Positions 61,395 through 64,000 of a stretch of 64,000 nucleotides of DNA are shown here, piece by piece (position 1 is the stretch's first letter; the number at the start of each line of letters is the position of its first letter). The notes below the pieces were generated by a model. That model saw only the letters and a list, made by a program, of their open reading frames with translations, made no database searches and was not told the DNA's origin. The DNA lies in contig JAWXAQ010000012.1 in NCBI GenBank assembly GCA_034439575.1, positions 96,001 to 160,000 on the forward strand. The letters run 5' to 3'. Position numbers and translations under genes: made by a program. Origin of the DNA: Leptospira sp. (GTDB lineage Bacteria > Spirochaetota > Leptospiria > Leptospirales > Leptospiraceae).

Positions 61395-62942
61395 ATGTTA
61401 AAAATACGAATCTTTTTCCTTTTTTTTCTACTCATAACTTTTGATATTATTGCCGAACCCAATTTTTTTTCGGCCTCAGAGAAACAATTTTCAGATAAAA
61501 TTAAAAAGATAAAACTAGAAAATGGCCTGACCGTGATCATGATGAAACGCGGAACATCCCCGACTTTGGCCTTATATATAAAATTTAAAGTCGGTGCTGT
61601 GGATGAAACGCCTGAACTTGCAGGCACAGCCCACCTATTAGAACATATGCTTTTTAAAGGGACTAAAAATGTAGGAACCGTAGACTATACGAAGGAAAAA
61701 AAATACCAAGACCAAATCGAAGTTTGGGGAACAAAATTGGATAACCTTCGCTTAAGTGAACGTGAGTTAAGTGAAAGAGGGATGGAAATACCATCTTCGT
61801 TAAAGAAAGAGATTCAAACTTTCGAAAGGCGTCTCAAAAATTTAATTTTACTTCAAGATGAATTGATCCTAAAAAATGAAGATTCATATATTTACGAACA
61901 GAATGGAGAAGTGGGATTCAATGCTTATACCTCCCAAGACGTAACTAACTATCAAATTCAATTGCCTTCCAATAGATTAGAAATTTGGGCAAAAATTGAA
62001 TCTGATCGATTGAAAAATCCTATTTTACGTGAGTATTATACGGAAAGAGATGTGGTAATTGAAGAGAGGCGTATGCGCACCGATGATAGTGGAGCGGGCG
62101 TTCTGCGAGAAAGATTTTTTTCTGTTGGATTTGAAAATCATCCCTATCGGAAACCAGTCATTGGTTATGCGACAGGGCTTCCTTTTTTGAAAATTGATGA
62201 TACGATTAAATTCTTTAAGGAAAATTATACACCGAATCGTATGGTTATCTCTATTGTCGGAGATGTAGACTTTAATGAAACAGAAAGTATCGTAAGAAAG
62301 TATTTTTCTGATTTGCCAAAAGGTAAAGATAGACCACCTTACAAAGTGGAAGAAAAACAATATTTGGGCGAAAAAAGATTCAAAGTCCATCATCCTTCCA
62401 GTGAACAATTTATGATGGGTTGGTTGAAACCACCATATCCGCATAAAGACAATGCAGTTTTTGATGTACTATCAAATTTATTAACAACAGGCGCTGGTTC
62501 AAGATTAAACCAAAGATTGGTTTTAAATGATAAAACAGTAAACTCTGTGGGATCAGCCAATGGATACCCAGGTGAGAGGTACCAAAACTTTTTCACTTTA
62601 TTCATTAAACCACAGTCAGGTGCTAATGAAATCCAAATTGAAAAAGCAATTTGGGAAGAATTGGAAAAAATCCAAGAGAACGGTGTGAGCCAGGATGATT
62701 TAGAAAAAGTAAAAAACCAAATGATATCTGAATTTGTCCGAACTATGGATGAAAACGGTACCATTGCTGATTTACTTTCTTATTATGAATTGTTATATGG
62801 TAGTTGGAACCAACTTTTTTCTCAATATACGGCGATTCAAAGTGTGACTTCCAATGACATTCAAAATGTGATTCGCACTTACATCACTAAAAATCGGGTC
62901 GTTGTCGGTAGCCTTATCGATGTTAGAAAGACTGGAAAATAA
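61395..62942 (+). CDS. M16 (insulinase-like) zinc metallopeptidase, catalytic subunit
   Basis: LENGL, GTAHLLEHMLFKGT, NAYTS, ERDVVIEERR, HPYRKPVIG. Confidence 0.93.
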   Translation: MLKIRIFFLFFLLITFDIIAEPNFFSASEKQFSDKIKKIKLENGLTVIMMKRGTSPTLALYIKFKVGAVDETPELAGTAHLLEHMLFKGTKNVGTVDYTKEKKYQDQIEVWGTKLDNLRLSERELSERGMEIPSSLKKEIQTFERRLKNLILLQDELILKNEDSYIYEQNGEVGFNAYTSQDVTNYQIQLPSNRLEIWAKIESDRLKNPILREYYTERDVVIEERRMRTDDSGAGVLRERFFSVGFENHPYRKPVIGYATGLPFLKIDDTIKFFKENYTPNRMVISIVGDVDFNETESIVRKYFSDLPKGKDRPPYKVEEKQYLGEKRFKVHHPSSEQFMMGWLKPPYPHKDNAVFDVLSNLLTTGAGSRLNQRLVLNDKTVNSVGSANGYPGERYQNFFTLFIKPQSGANEIQIEKAIWEELEKIQENGVSQDDLEKVKNQMISEFVRTMDENGTIADLLSYYELLYGSWNQLFSQYTAIQSVTSNDIQNVIRTYITKNRVVVGSLIDVRKTGK

Positions 62943-62945
62943 TTT

Positions 62946-64000
62946 ATGAAAATTTTAATTGTATTTTTAATAACATTCGCATTAAATCTTTCCGCTTACG
63001 AAATCGGAGATTTTGTTCGAGATATCAAATTGAAATCCTTGGATTTCCCATTTCCTAAAATTTCTTCAGAATCTTCAAATGATAATACTGAAATTCTAAG
63101 TCTACCAAATGCTGATTTTCCTATTGTATTTGCAGAATTTCAGATTTATTACGGCAAAAAGAATATTGGTAATAGAAAGACGGCAATTGTTCATCTACTT
63201 GAAGATGCCTGGCAATTCTCTGGATCAAAATCATATCCAAAAGATAAATTATTACAAGAATTTGAAAAGTTAGGTGCTACTTTTTCTTTAGACTTAGATT
63301 ATGAAAAGACGATTCTATCTGTTTCTTATTTAAAAAAAGACGAGAAACGGGTGATTGAACTTTTATCTTCTTTTTGGAATGAACCTATTTTAGATTCTGA
63401 AATTGTAACGACCATGCGAGAACGTATCGCAGATAAAATTCGCAGAAGAAATGACAACCCAACAAGTATTGGAATGAGAAAATTAAAAGAAAGAGTTTTT
63501 AAAAATACGATAGCTGGTAAAGTTTCAACTATAGATGGTTTAAATTCTGTAACGATTGATGATTTAAGCTTATTTCAAAAAGAAATCTTATCAGAAAGGA
63601 ACCGAAAACTTCTATTAACTGGTGATGTAGATATCAAATTGTGGAAAGAATATCTCTCTAAATTTCCAATCAATAATCAAACATTATCTACTGCTGAAAT
63701 CGTAAAGTTTGATGATATTAAAAAGAATATAAATTTAATCGAAAAGAAACATATACTTGTAGAGAAGGATGTTTCGCAATCTTTTGTGGCGATGATGGGA
63801 GTTTTGCCCAAGCACAATGATCCAGACTTTTATGCGATTCAGGTTTTAAATTATATAATTGGTGGTGGTGGATTTAACTCCTATTATATGAGAGAAATTC
63901 GAAATAACCGAGGTCTTGCTTATTCTGCTGGTAGTTCATGTGATTTTCAAAAAGAATATGGAACCATACAATTCTATGCGATGACAAAAGCAGAATCAAC
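62946..64000 (+). CDS. M16 peptidase partner subunit, 3'-truncated by the window edge (not in the ORF track)
   Basis: Manual translation from ATG 62946: MKILIVFLITFALNLSA... HLLED ... LNYIIGGGGFNSYYMREIRNNRGLAYS; frame open to the window end. Confidence 0.88.
   Translation, partial: MKILIVFLITFALNLSAYEIGDFVRDIKLKSLDFPFPKISSESSNDNTEILSLPNADFPIVFAEFQIYYGKKNIGNRKTAIVHLLEDAWQFSGSKSYPKDKLLQEFEKLGATFSLDLDYEKTILSVSYLKKDEKRVIELLSSFWNEPILDSEIVTTMRERIADKIRRRNDNPTSIGMRKLKERVFKNTIAGKVSTIDGLNSVTIDDLSLFQKEILSERNRKLLLTGDVDIKLWKEYLSKFPINNQTLSTAEIVKFDDIKKNINLIEKKHILVEKDVSQSFVAMMGVLPKHNDPDFYAIQVLNYIIGGGGFNSYYMREIRNNRGLAYSAGSSCDFQKEYGTIQFYAMTKAES

Overview
AT-rich, gene-dense bacterial chromosomal segment, almost certainly Leptospira. 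This is inferred from citramalate synthase cimA, long-form ispG, a nuoA-F,H,J-N operon lacking nuoG/nuoI, a czc-lexA-ctpA-tsaD-pssA cluster, a FlaA-like protein and many spirochaetal lipoproteins. It is mostly core genome: about 60 CDS and one initiator tRNA-fMet. I saw no transposase, integrase, prophage, CRISPR array or rRNA. The strongest unexplained signal is a 108-aa upstream ORF (25078-25404) with an N-terminal hydrophobic segment and a C-terminal LPPP. Its LPPP codons can pair with the Shine-Dalgarno of the downstream CzcA-type heavy-metal RND pump, and a mutually exclusive alternative hairpin exists, making it a candidate ribosome-stalling translational switch. Other notable items: a sigma-28-like promoter ahead of flgM, followed by an Fe-alcohol-dehydrogenase homologue that has lost its metal ligands and a FliG-C-like protein lacking the torque-helix charges; an ATP-grasp/FMN alpha-hydroxy-acid-oxidase fusion; a pyrophosphatase translationally coupled inside the metal efflux operon; and an orphan amino-type DNA methyltransferase. 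All calls come from reading sequence motifs; no database searches were run.
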